Shown here piece by piece: positions 29,955 through 38,324 of a stretch of 64,000 nucleotides of DNA (positions are counted from its first letter, which is position 1; each line of letters opens with the position of its first letter). The notes under the pieces are model-generated. The model did no database searches and was not told where the DNA came from. It saw only the letters and a program-made list of their open reading frames with translations. Made by a program: the position numbers and the translations under genes. Source of the DNA: Sphingobacteriia bacterium (lineage in GTDB: Bacteria; Bacteroidota; Bacteroidia; Chitinophagales; Chitinophagaceae); the NCBI GenBank assembly GCA_015999745.1, contig JAECQP010000009.1, positions 14,025 through 78,024 on the forward strand, in the 5' to 3' direction.

Positions 29955-31649
29955 CTACTCCGGAATATACAATCCCGAACCCACTATAAAGGTTTCCCCT
30001 TTGTGCTGCACTTTGCGAACATAAGTCCGCTTCAACGCCGGTCGGTTATCTCCCGGGGTGTACCAGTAACAGTCCATCCATGCAGCTCCTTTTTCCATAG
30101 CCAGTTGAATCTGATCCCTGATAATTTTTTTTCCTTTCAGGTCTTTCAAATCTATCAGGTTTTTACCTTCAAAACTGGGCTGGGCAGCATTCACCAGCTC
30201 TGTTCCATCCGTGCTTTGCACAAACACATAGGTATTCATAAATACAAATGAGCCCATTTTATCTCTCAAAGCCGGAAATGCATAGCTTCCCTTTTCTGCA
30301 ATCAGCCGGGACGCACGGTCCACCACATCTTCAATAAAAGACTGGTCCATCTGCATATTATAAATGCCGCATCCAACCAGGTATTGTATGCCCGATGGGA
30401 AAGTGACCCGTTTAACATAGGTGGATTTCCAGGTAGGAAATATATCGCCGGGTTCAGGATACATATAATGAATCCATCCTTCACCACTTGCGCCTGAGCC
30501 TGTTTCCAGGAACATTTTACCAATGGGTCTTCCCAATGCATCTTTCATGTCACTCAGATTGATTCCTTCATGCGCAGAATCTGCTGCATGAAACAATCTT
30601 ACACCATCCATTGTCCATACAAAGAAATAAGTATCGTCGTGAAACCATTTGGATCCTTCTTTCCTGAACTCAGGAAAAGCCTTCTCACCCTTTGCCGCAA
30701 AAATTGCAGCGGCCTCATGCACATTTGCCTTCAACTCAGTGGCTGTCATTTTCTTCAACAATGAAACTTCGGCCTTGGGCGCATCCGCAAGATAAACACC
30801 GCAACCGACCAGTACCCATCCATCCCCCATCCTGGCTTTTGCCACATAGGTCGATTTAAGTGTCGGAGCGCTCTCTCCCGGTTTAGGCCACAGATAATCC
30901 ACCCACCCGGACTTTCCCGATTTAAGCTGGTTTAACATTTCCCGCACCAGGTACTTGCCCTGTGAATCTTTCAGATCAATCAGCTTGCGCCCTTCCAGAT
31001 TGGGAAAATAGGGATTCACCAGTTCTATTCCTGTGGTATCTGTTACAAATACATAAGCGTCTTTTGCTATGAACGGGCCTTTCGGATCATGCAACAATGG
31101 AAAGGCTCCCTTGCCGTTCTTTTCAATCTGTGCCACCGCATTTTCTACCAGGTCAGTTACAAATGCCCGTTCCATGCGATCATTGTATATGCCGGAACCT
31201 ACAATATAGGTGTTGCCGGAAGGTGCACTCACCTGCTGCACAAAACTGCTTTTCCAGCGGGGCAGTATTCCTCCCGGAACCGGCCACTGATAATGATACC
31301 AACCCTCTTTCCGATCCGGGAAAGTTGACACGGCATCTATCAATCCTTGTATAATGGGCTTCCCCTTAATATCTGTCAGGTATAATTGATTATCCCCTTC
31401 CATATCAGGGTCCGGATGCACCAGCATGTTCCCCTGAGGGTCCATCACAAAAATATAAGTTTCGCCCTGGCGCCATTTACTACCAGGCATCCTGAATTGC
31501 TTAAACGCCGCTTCTCCCCTGGTTTGTATCTCCCTGGAAGCCTCTTTTACCAATTGGGAAAGCGCTGGCATTGGGTCTGGATATTTTTGTGTGTACCCCG
31601 TAAAAACGAGGAGTGATGCAGTCATGAGTAACAGAAATTGCTTTTTCAT
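29955..31649 (-). CDS. Secreted protein composed of four tandem single-Cache-like (sCache_2-type) modules, no output domain
   Basis: Signal peptide MKKQFLLLMTASLLVFTGYTQ. There are four ~135-aa repeats ending in GWYHYQWPVPGG...IVGSGIYN, GWVDYLWPKPGE...LVGCGVYL, GWIHYMYPEPGD...LVGCGIYN and AWMDCYWYTPGD...IVGSGLYI. Start at the internal ATG 31649. Confidence 0.7.
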   Translation of the reverse strand: MKKQFLLLMTASLLVFTGYTQKYPDPMPALSQLVKEASREIQTRGEAAFKQFRMPGSKWRQGETYIFVMDPQGNMLVHPDPDMEGDNQLYLTDIKGKPIIQGLIDAVSTFPDRKEGWYHYQWPVPGGILPRWKSSFVQQVSAPSGNTYIVGSGIYNDRMERAFVTDLVENAVAQIEKNGKGAFPLLHDPKGPFIAKDAYVFVTDTTGIELVNPYFPNLEGRKLIDLKDSQGKYLVREMLNQLKSGKSGWVDYLWPKPGESAPTLKSTYVAKARMGDGWVLVGCGVYLADAPKAEVSLLKKMTATELKANVHEAAAIFAAKGEKAFPEFRKEGSKWFHDDTYFFVWTMDGVRLFHAADSAHEGINLSDMKDALGRPIGKMFLETGSGASGEGWIHYMYPEPGDIFPTWKSTYVKRVTFPSGIQYLVGCGIYNMQMDQSFIEDVVDRASRLIAEKGSYAFPALRDKMGSFVFMNTYVFVQSTDGTELVNAAQPSFEGKNLIDLKDLKGKKIIRDQIQLAMEKGAAWMDCYWYTPGDNRPALKRTYVRKVQHKGETFIVGSGLYIPE

Positions 31650-31843
31650 AACCAAAGATTTATATTGAGGGTAAGGATGACGGGGACGTTGGTAAGTTAC
31701 GAAATAGGATAACACAAAACAAGAATAATCCGGGCTGCAGTGATATGTTGAGCGGTATATTTTTTTTTGAAAGAGTTAATATATTTGTGAACATGCTTTC
31801 AGCATGCAGGCTGATTGCCTGTATATCCCCAAATCTAAAACAG

Positions 31844-32194
31844 ATGAGCAATATTCCATTTCAGTGCATCAATTGGGAAACAATTGAAAAAGTCGAACAC
31901 AAAGGAGATGTTGGTGTTGCCTATTGGCAAACAGTTCAGTTGGGCGGGCTCAGGATCCGATTAGTGGAATACGCTAAAAACTACATCGCCGATCACTGGT
32001 GCCGAAAAGGGCATATTGTTCATTGCCTGGAGGGTGAGTTCATCAGCGAAATGGAAGATGGCGAATGTTTCCGGCTTTCCAAAGGAATGACCTACGTGGT
32101 TTCTGACGAACTAAGTTCTCACCGTTCCGTTTCTAAGGAGGGCGTCCGGTTGCTGATTGTGGACGGTGATTTTCTAAAAAATGATATTAATTGA
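31844..32194 (+). CDS. Small cupin-fold protein
   Basis: VEYAKNYIADHWCRKGHIVHCLEGEFISEMEDGECFRLSKGMTYVVSD has cupin motif spacing. Start at the ATG 31844. Confidence 0.55.
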   Translation: MSNIPFQCINWETIEKVEHKGDVGVAYWQTVQLGGLRIRLVEYAKNYIADHWCRKGHIVHCLEGEFISEMEDGECFRLSKGMTYVVSDELSSHRSVSKEGVRLLIVDGDFLKNDIN

Positions 32195-32211
32195 TATGAC
32201 AAGCAGAACAG

Positions 32212-32667
32212 ATGAAAGAAAAAATTGAAAATGTAAAAACAACTAGGTCTTTTTTATTGAAGGCCGTCAACGAGCTAAGTGAAGAACAATTGAATAAAAT
32301 TCCCGATGGATTCAACAACAATATCATTTGGAACCTGGGGCACATGATTGCAGCTCAACAGGGGATCTGCTACCTGCGCTCAGGGCTTGAATTAAGAATA
32401 ACAGAAAATATCTTTCATGAATTCAAACCGGGGTCAAAGCCCGAAAGGCACTACAATCAGAAAGAGATCAACAATATCCGGGAGCTAATGATCAGCACAC
32501 TGGACCAACTGGAATCTGACCTGAACAGCCAGCTTTTTGAGAACTATACCAATATTGTTACCCGTTACAATGTTGAATTGAAGAACATCACAGATGCGGT
32601 AAACTTCTTACCATTTCATGAAGGATTGCACAGCGGGTATATTATGTCTTTGAGAAAACTAGTATAA
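32212..32667 (+). CDS. DinB-family protein (second, DinB_2-like)
   Basis: NIIWNLGHMIAAQQG...LPFHEGLHSGYIMSLRK. Confidence 0.7.
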   Translation: MKEKIENVKTTRSFLLKAVNELSEEQLNKIPDGFNNNIIWNLGHMIAAQQGICYLRSGLELRITENIFHEFKPGSKPERHYNQKEINNIRELMISTLDQLESDLNSQLFENYTNIVTRYNVELKNITDAVNFLPFHEGLHSGYIMSLRKLV

Positions 32668-32693
32668 AACAAACCACATCATCTACCACCATC

Positions 32694-33242
32694 ATGAGCT
32701 ACTGCAGCGCCATTGAAAACATGTCCGACGATAGGAAAACGCTTCATAAAGCATATCACGACAACCTGTACGGATTTCCGATTCACGATGACAATGAATT
32801 GTTCTGCCGGTTAATTCTTGAAATTAACCAGGCCGGGCTTAGCTGGGAAACCATCCTGAAAAAGGAAAAAGGATTCAGGAAAGCCTATCATAATTTTAAT
32901 ATCAGGAAGATAGCCTCTTATACAGCGGCAGATAGGGAAAGACTGCTGAATGACGCCGGCATTATCCGAAACAGGCTGAAAGTAAATGCGGCCATTGAAA
33001 ATGCAAAGACGGTACTGCTGCTTCAGCAGGAGTTCGGCTCTTTCGAAAACTGGCTGGAACACCATCACCCCAAATCAAAAGAAGAATGGGCCCGCCTTTT
33101 TAAAAAGACGTTCAAATTCACCGGGGGTGAAATCGTTAACGAATTTTTAATGAGTATCGGGTACCTTCAGGGCGCCCATGCTCCCGACTGTAAAATTCAC
33201 CGGAAAATTCTGAAGTCAAAACCAATGTGGTTAAAATCCTGA
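32694..33242 (+). CDS. tag: DNA-3-methyladenine glycosylase I
   Basis: YHDNLYGFPIHDDNELFCRLILEINQAGLSWETILKKEKGFRKAYHNF...FKFTGGEIVNEFLMSIGY is the Tag family signature. Confidence 0.9.
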   Translation: MSYCSAIENMSDDRKTLHKAYHDNLYGFPIHDDNELFCRLILEINQAGLSWETILKKEKGFRKAYHNFNIRKIASYTAADRERLLNDAGIIRNRLKVNAAIENAKTVLLLQQEFGSFENWLEHHHPKSKEEWARLFKKTFKFTGGEIVNEFLMSIGYLQGAHAPDCKIHRKILKSKPMWLKS

Positions 33243-33246
33243 ATAT

Positions 33247-33618
33247 ATGAATACCAATAAGGAGATCGCTATACATTTTCTGCAGTTGGCCGCCAAAGGA
33301 GATGCCAGGGATGCTTTTAATCTTTATGCAGACGCAGGCTTCCTGCATCACAATTGCCATTTTAAGGGCGATGCTGAAACCCTGATAGAAGCAATGGAAG
33401 TCAATGCCAGGGAGAATCCTTCCAAGATGCTGGAAATTAAGCATTCGCTGGAGGAAGGCGATCTCGTAGCGGTACATTCCCATATCTGGCAAAATGCCGC
33501 CGACCCCGGAGCGGCAGTTGTTCACCTTTTTCGTTTTGTAAACAATAAGATCGTTGAAATGTGGGATGTAGCACAGGCTGTTCCTACCGGAAAAATAAAC
33601 GAAAATGGTATGTTCTAG
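33247..33618 (+). CDS. SnoaL-like/NTF2-fold protein
   Basis: IAIHFLQLAAKGDARDAFNLYA...GDLVAVHSHIW...FRFVNNKIVEMWDV. Confidence 0.65.
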   Translation: MNTNKEIAIHFLQLAAKGDARDAFNLYADAGFLHHNCHFKGDAETLIEAMEVNARENPSKMLEIKHSLEEGDLVAVHSHIWQNAADPGAAVVHLFRFVNNKIVEMWDVAQAVPTGKINENGMF

Positions 33619-34159
33619 AAACATCCTGGCCATCATTGGCAGCGCCAGCAGCAATTCCTCCAACCTCAGGCTGGTACAGACGATTGCCGCGCTTTCAGCA
33701 AACAGCCTGAACATTGAAATCTTTGAGGGATTGCAAAGCTTACCCCATTTCAATGCAGATCTTTCCGTGAATCAACCACCCGAAGCCGTACGGCTGATCA
33801 GGCAAAAAATCGAAAAAGCGGACGGCATCATCATCTGTACCCCGGAATATGTTTTCAGTATCCCCAGCGGCCTGAAAAACCTGCTGGAATGGTGCGTTGC
33901 CACCACCATTTTTGCACAAAAGCCCACGGGGCTGATTACCGCTTCCGCGAGTGGAGAAAAGGGGCACCACGAACTGACGCTGATCATGAAAACAATCGAA
34001 GCGAAATTTACAGAAGAGACCTCCCTGCTGATCAATGGTATTAAAAGTAAAATTGACCTGGACGGAAACCTGCAGGAAGCGCTGAAAAACCAACTGGTGC
34101 AATTCATCAACAGCCTGAAAAACCTGGTAGATGAAGCCCCCGGCCACCAACCATTTTAA
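33605..34159 (+). CDS. NADPH-dependent FMN reductase-like flavoprotein
   Basis: ILAIIGSASSNSSN...ADGIIICTPEYVFSIPSGLKNLLEW is the typical NADPH_FMN_red pattern. Confidence 0.75.
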   Translation: MVCSRNILAIIGSASSNSSNLRLVQTIAALSANSLNIEIFEGLQSLPHFNADLSVNQPPEAVRLIRQKIEKADGIIICTPEYVFSIPSGLKNLLEWCVATTIFAQKPTGLITASASGEKGHHELTLIMKTIEAKFTEETSLLINGIKSKIDLDGNLQEALKNQLVQFINSLKNLVDEAPGHQPF

Positions 34160-34169
34160 AAGTATATTC

Positions 34170-34535
34170 ATGAGTAATAAGAAAGATTTAAAGGCCAGCT
34201 ATAAGCTAATGAAGTTCCGGATTGGGGTATTCCTGATCAGAAACGCCGCTAACAACAAAGTACTGATCGAAGGCAGTGTTAATCTTGATGCCATCCTCAA
34301 AAGACACCAGTTCGAACTCAAAAGCGGTGTACATAAAAATGAGGCTTTGCAAAAGGACTGGAACGAACTGGGAGCCGATCATTTTCAATTTGAGATCCTC
34401 AGTGAAATACAGCAGGACGATGCCAATAAAACTGATTATAAAAAAGAGGTGAAGCAACTTGAATCTATGTTTATTGAGGAATATCAGCCATTTGGAGAAA
34501 AAGGATATCATTCCGGCGTTGAGAAACACCCGTAG
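34170..34535 (+). CDS. GIY-YIG nuclease-superfamily small protein
   Basis: RIGVFLIRNAANNKVLIEGSVNLDAILKRHQFELKSGVHKNEALQKDWNELGADHFQFEIL matches the standalone GIY-YIG layout I recall (GVY..N...K.l.G.s.N...r...f.L..g.H.N..LQ.dw...G...F.FEiL). Confidence 0.6.
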   Translation: MSNKKDLKASYKLMKFRIGVFLIRNAANNKVLIEGSVNLDAILKRHQFELKSGVHKNEALQKDWNELGADHFQFEILSEIQQDDANKTDYKKEVKQLESMFIEEYQPFGEKGYHSGVEKHP

Positions 34536-34613
34536 CGATCAATCGGCTGGCCTTTTATTCGTAAATTTACAGACAGGCGCTCTTTACCTCACAATATATA
34601 AACCTGGCTGAAC

Positions 34614-35711
34614 ATGAAAAACAGCAGTCTCCAAACAGAAATCGATGCCAGCTATCTCTATCAAAAACTGGCAGAGCAGGAATCCGACCCGGTTATTGCA
34701 GATGTGTTCCGGCAAATGAGTGAAATTGAAAAAGGCCACGCAATCGCTTTTGCACAAAAAGCGGGTATTCCCGTTGAACAGGTGATGCAAGCTTCCTGGA
34801 GGGCTAAAACACTGAATACCATTGGCAGGATATTCGGCTATGACTATGTGCTGGGCAGCCTGATGGATACAGAAAAAAACCTCTCTGCCGCCATCATCCA
34901 GACAAAGAAAAAGCATAAGCAGGAAATTACCGGTACGGAGAGCATGCACGTAAATATCCTTCGTTCCATACTGGAGCAACAACAAAAGGTAACCGGCGGG
35001 CAACTGTCCAAATTTGAAAAGAAACACCGTTCTGTTGGCGGCAACGCTATCAGGGCTGCCGTACTGGGTGGCAATGACGGGCTTGTATCCAACTTTAGCC
35101 TGATCATGGGTATGGCCGGAGCTACTGCAGGCCAGAGTGGTGTTTTGCTCGCAGGGCTGGCGGGTTTGCTGGCCGGCGCTTTATCCATGTCGCTGGGTGA
35201 ATGGATTTCAGTGAAAAGTTCACAGGAGTTATACGAGAACCAGATGCAGATTGAAATGGAAGAACTGGAAGTGAACCCGGAAGGTGAAATGAAAGAACTG
35301 GCGCTGATCTATATTTCAAAAGGCGTTTCCAAAGAGGAAGCCTATGCCATGGCCGAAGAAATCATTAAAGACAAAGACCGGGCACATGAGGTGCTGGTGA
35401 AAGAGGAACTGGGTATTAATCCGGAAGAATTAAAAGGTTCGGCCGTTGAAGCCGCAATATATTCCTTTATTCTTTTTGCCATTGGGGCCATTATTCCTGT
35501 AATTCCTTTCTTCTTTGCAACCGGAACCAATGCCATCATCATCAGTGTAGTATTCAGTACCATCGGGCTGTTCCTGATTGGCGCAGCCATTACCCTGTTT
35601 ACCGGAAAAAATGTGTGGTATTCCGGCATCAGGCAGGTGCTGTTTGGACTGGCCGCCGCCGCCGTAACCTTTGGAATTGGTAAACTGATCGGAATTTCAG
35701 TGGCTGGATAA
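34614..35711 (+). CDS. mbfA: Erythrin (ferritin-like) domain fused to VIT1/CCC1 iron-transporter domain (MbfA-type)
   Basis: The N-terminus is ferritin-like (ASYLYQKLAEQE...MSEIEKGHA). The C-terminus is VIT1-like (LRAAVLGGNDGLVSNFSLIMG...EWISVKSSQE...five TM segments). Confidence 0.75.
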   Translation: MKNSSLQTEIDASYLYQKLAEQESDPVIADVFRQMSEIEKGHAIAFAQKAGIPVEQVMQASWRAKTLNTIGRIFGYDYVLGSLMDTEKNLSAAIIQTKKKHKQEITGTESMHVNILRSILEQQQKVTGGQLSKFEKKHRSVGGNAIRAAVLGGNDGLVSNFSLIMGMAGATAGQSGVLLAGLAGLLAGALSMSLGEWISVKSSQELYENQMQIEMEELEVNPEGEMKELALIYISKGVSKEEAYAMAEEIIKDKDRAHEVLVKEELGINPEELKGSAVEAAIYSFILFAIGAIIPVIPFFFATGTNAIIISVVFSTIGLFLIGAAITLFTGKNVWYSGIRQVLFGLAAAAVTFGIGKLIGISVAG

Positions 35712-35747
35712 TATGAACTACTTAATAAACAAAATCAAATAACTACC

Positions 35748-36065
35748 ATGATCGCCCAAACACCCCAACCACCTTATTATGCCGTGATCTTTACTTCTGT
35801 AAGAACAGAAGGTGATCACGGTTATAACGAAATGGCCAACCAAATGGTAGCGCTCGGCAGTACCATGAAAGGATTCCTGGGCATTGAGTCTGCCAGGGAA
35901 GAAATTGGCATTTCTGTTTCGTATTGGGACAGCCTGGAAAGTATCAAAGCCTGGAAACAAGAGGCAGCTCACCAGGTTGCCCAGGAAAAAGGCCGCAGCC
36001 AATGGTACGCTGCCTATAAAACCAGGATCAGCCTCGTGGAGCGCGACTATGGATTTGAGCAATAA
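35748..36065 (+). CDS. Antibiotic-biosynthesis-monooxygenase (ABM, ferredoxin-like) domain protein
   Basis: YYAVIFTSVRTEGDHGYNEMANQMVALGSTMKGFLGIESAREE...SYWDSLESIKAWK. Confidence 0.7.
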   Translation: MIAQTPQPPYYAVIFTSVRTEGDHGYNEMANQMVALGSTMKGFLGIESAREEIGISVSYWDSLESIKAWKQEAAHQVAQEKGRSQWYAAYKTRISLVERDYGFEQ

Positions 36066-36899
36066 ATGATTCAGCATATGAGCAACCTTTATTCCATCAT
36101 CAACGGCGCGATTGTTTCAGCGCAGGATGCCACCATCAGTATCTCCGACCTTTCCATTCAGCGCGGCTATGGTATTTTTGATTATTTCAGGTTCATCCAT
36201 AACCAACCTGTGTTTCTGGAGGAGCATCTCAACCGGTTCTATCATTCTGCCAAAGTCATGCACCTCCCTGTAGCACAAAACAGGGATGAATTAACAGCGA
36301 TGATCCTGGAATTACAGAAACGAAATAATCTTCCCGATTCAGGTATCCGCATCACCCTTACAGGAGGCTATTCACCAGATGGTTACAATATTGCCCAACC
36401 CAATTTATTGATTACCCAATCTGCTTTTACATACAATAAAGATAATTTCTACAAGGGTATCCGGGTGATCACCTACGAACACCAGCGTCAGCTACCACAG
36501 GTTAAAACCATCGACTACCTGAAAGCAATCTACCTGCAACCTCATATTAAAGAGCATCATGCTGATGATGTGCTCTACTACAACCAGGAAGAAGTTACAG
36601 AATGCCCGAGAGCCAACTTCTTCATCGTAAACAGCAGAGAGGAAGTGATCACTCCCGGGAACCATATTCTGAGAGGTATTACCCGCGAAAAACTCCTCGG
36701 AATGGATGCCTTCCGGGTAAAGGAAGGGTTTATTAAAACTGCTGACCTCGCAACCGCAAGAGAGGCTTTCATTACCAGTACCACTAAAAATATATTGCCC
36801 GTTCTGGAAATCAATGGTAAGCCCGTTGGTGATGGACAGCCCGGCCCCATTACTACGGCCCTGTTCAATCAATTGTTTGCTTTTAAAGAGATTTATTGA
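36066..36899 (+). CDS. Class IV (fold-type IV) PLP aminotransferase
   Basis: ISISDLSIQRGYGIFDYFR...LEEHLNRFYHSA..., with size and C-terminal pattern of BCAT/D-amino-acid aminotransferases. The start may be 36081. Confidence 0.75.
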   Translation: MIQHMSNLYSIINGAIVSAQDATISISDLSIQRGYGIFDYFRFIHNQPVFLEEHLNRFYHSAKVMHLPVAQNRDELTAMILELQKRNNLPDSGIRITLTGGYSPDGYNIAQPNLLITQSAFTYNKDNFYKGIRVITYEHQRQLPQVKTIDYLKAIYLQPHIKEHHADDVLYYNQEEVTECPRANFFIVNSREEVITPGNHILRGITREKLLGMDAFRVKEGFIKTADLATAREAFITSTTKNILPVLEINGKPVGDGQPGPITTALFNQLFAFKEIY

Positions 36900-38083
36900 T
36901 GAACCCTATGAATCAGATCTCCAGAACCGTATGGATTCTGTCGCTGGTAAGCCTGCTGACAGATACCGCCAGTGAAATGCTCTATCCTGTGATGCCCATT
37001 TATCTCCGCTCTATCGGATTTTCAGTGGTACTGATCGGCATTCTCGAAGGAGTAGCCGAAGCTACCGCCGGTCTGAGTAAGGGATATTTTGGCAAACGCT
37101 CAGATCTTTCCGGCAAAAGAGTTCCGTTTGTGCAATGGGGATATGCCCTCAGCAGTATTTCCAAACCTATGATGGCTGCATTTGTTTATCCCCTCTGGAT
37201 TTTCCTGGCCCGAACCATCGACCGCATCGGCAAAGGAATCAGAACCGGCGCCAGAGACGCCATCCTCTCCGAAGAAGCTACGCCCGAAACCAAAGGGCGG
37301 ATATTCGGATTCCATCGCTCCATGGATACAATCGGCGCTGTGCTGGGGCCTTCACTGGCATTGGTATACCTGTACTATTTTCCCGAGAACTATATAACGC
37401 TGTTCCTGATTGCATTTATCCCGGGCATCCTTGCTGTTGCCGCTTCTTTTTTGCTGAAAGAAAAAAGAGCAGCAACTGTTGCAGATACACGACCCCTTCC
37501 TTTCTTTTCTTTCTTACACTACTGGAAGGAGAGCCCTGGCGCTTACCGAAAACTGGTGACCGGTTTACTGCTGTTTACCCTGATCAACAGTTCTGATGTA
37601 TTCTTATTATTGAAAGTTAAACAGGCTGGCCTGAGCGACACGATGGTGATTGGAATCTATATTTTTTACAATCTCATCTATGCTCTTTTTGCCTTTCCGG
37701 TGGGTATTGTTGCGGATAAAATCGGGTTAAAAAAAATATTCCTGGCGGGGTTGGTTTTATTTGCCATTGTTTACCTGGGCATGTCGGTCAATACACAACT
37801 GTTTGGGTTCTTCGGACTCTTCATGCTCTATGGAATTTATGCTGCTTCTACCGAAGGAATTTCCAAAGCATGGATTTCCAATATCTCCCACAAAAAGGAT
37901 ATAGCTACGGCCATTGGAACTTACACAGGCCTTCAAAGTATTTTCACCATGCTGGCCAGTTCTCTTACCGGTTTAATCTGGTACCAACTGGGAGAATCAG
38001 CTGCATTTATTATTACCGGATTTGCTGCTATAGCCATCTTTTTATACATGCTCCGGATTCCTGCACCCGGTACACATAAATGA
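36896..38083 (+). CDS. MFS transporter
   Basis: 395 aa with about 12 hydrophobic segments and an MFS loop motif (GKRSDLSGKR, IDRIGKGIRTGARDA). Confidence 0.75.
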   Translation: MMNPMNQISRTVWILSLVSLLTDTASEMLYPVMPIYLRSIGFSVVLIGILEGVAEATAGLSKGYFGKRSDLSGKRVPFVQWGYALSSISKPMMAAFVYPLWIFLARTIDRIGKGIRTGARDAILSEEATPETKGRIFGFHRSMDTIGAVLGPSLALVYLYYFPENYITLFLIAFIPGILAVAASFLLKEKRAATVADTRPLPFFSFLHYWKESPGAYRKLVTGLLLFTLINSSDVFLLLKVKQAGLSDTMVIGIYIFYNLIYALFAFPVGIVADKIGLKKIFLAGLVLFAIVYLGMSVNTQLFGFFGLFMLYGIYAASTEGISKAWISNISHKKDIATAIGTYTGLQSIFTMLASSLTGLIWYQLGESAAFIITGFAAIAIFLYMLRIPAPGTHK

Positions 38084-38087
38084 GGGA

Positions 38088-38129
38088 ACATGGCGTTTTA
38101 CTGTATCGAAAACCATGTAATTTTTTTTT
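38088..38129 (+). terminator. Weak hairpin plus T9 run after the MFS gene
   Basis: ACATGG ...19 nt... CCATGT followed by aaTTTTTTTTT. The stem is short and the loop long, so the call is only moderately convincing. Confidence 0.4.
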
Positions 38130-38130
38130 G

Positions 38131-38324
38131 CTAACTTTATTGAAACCGGTAACCAGAATGGAGACGGTCTGCCCGCTGTGACCTGCTGCCAATGCGGGCG
38201 ATGTGGCCCTCTTGCAATGATCATCAATCCGGTTTCCATATCCGTAAAGCGGAGCATAATGCCCGATAGGAGTTCCCCAAAGGGCAGCGACATATAAATT
38301 TTCATATTTAAAACAAAAAAGCGA
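38131..38324 (+). other. Long G+C-rich 5' leader of the yitT / P-type ATPase / Nramp operon (candidate cis-regulatory RNA)
   Basis: No credible ORF is present. Alternative pairings are GCCCGC(38171-76)/GCGGGC(38194-99), CTGCCC(38169-74)/GGGCAG(38282-87) and TGCCC(38260-64)/GGGCA(38282-86), plus a hairpin TCCG-taaag-CGGA (38241-53). Confidence 0.3.

Noticed and set aside
38141-38295. Tried to assign the yitT leader to M-box, yybP-ykoY, NiCo, TPP, glycine or cobalamin riboswitch classes
   Set aside because: Only short coincidental strings match (CTGCTGCC, TAAAGC, GGAGAC). The invariant cores of those classes are absent by eye, so it is kept only as an unclassified candidate leader.
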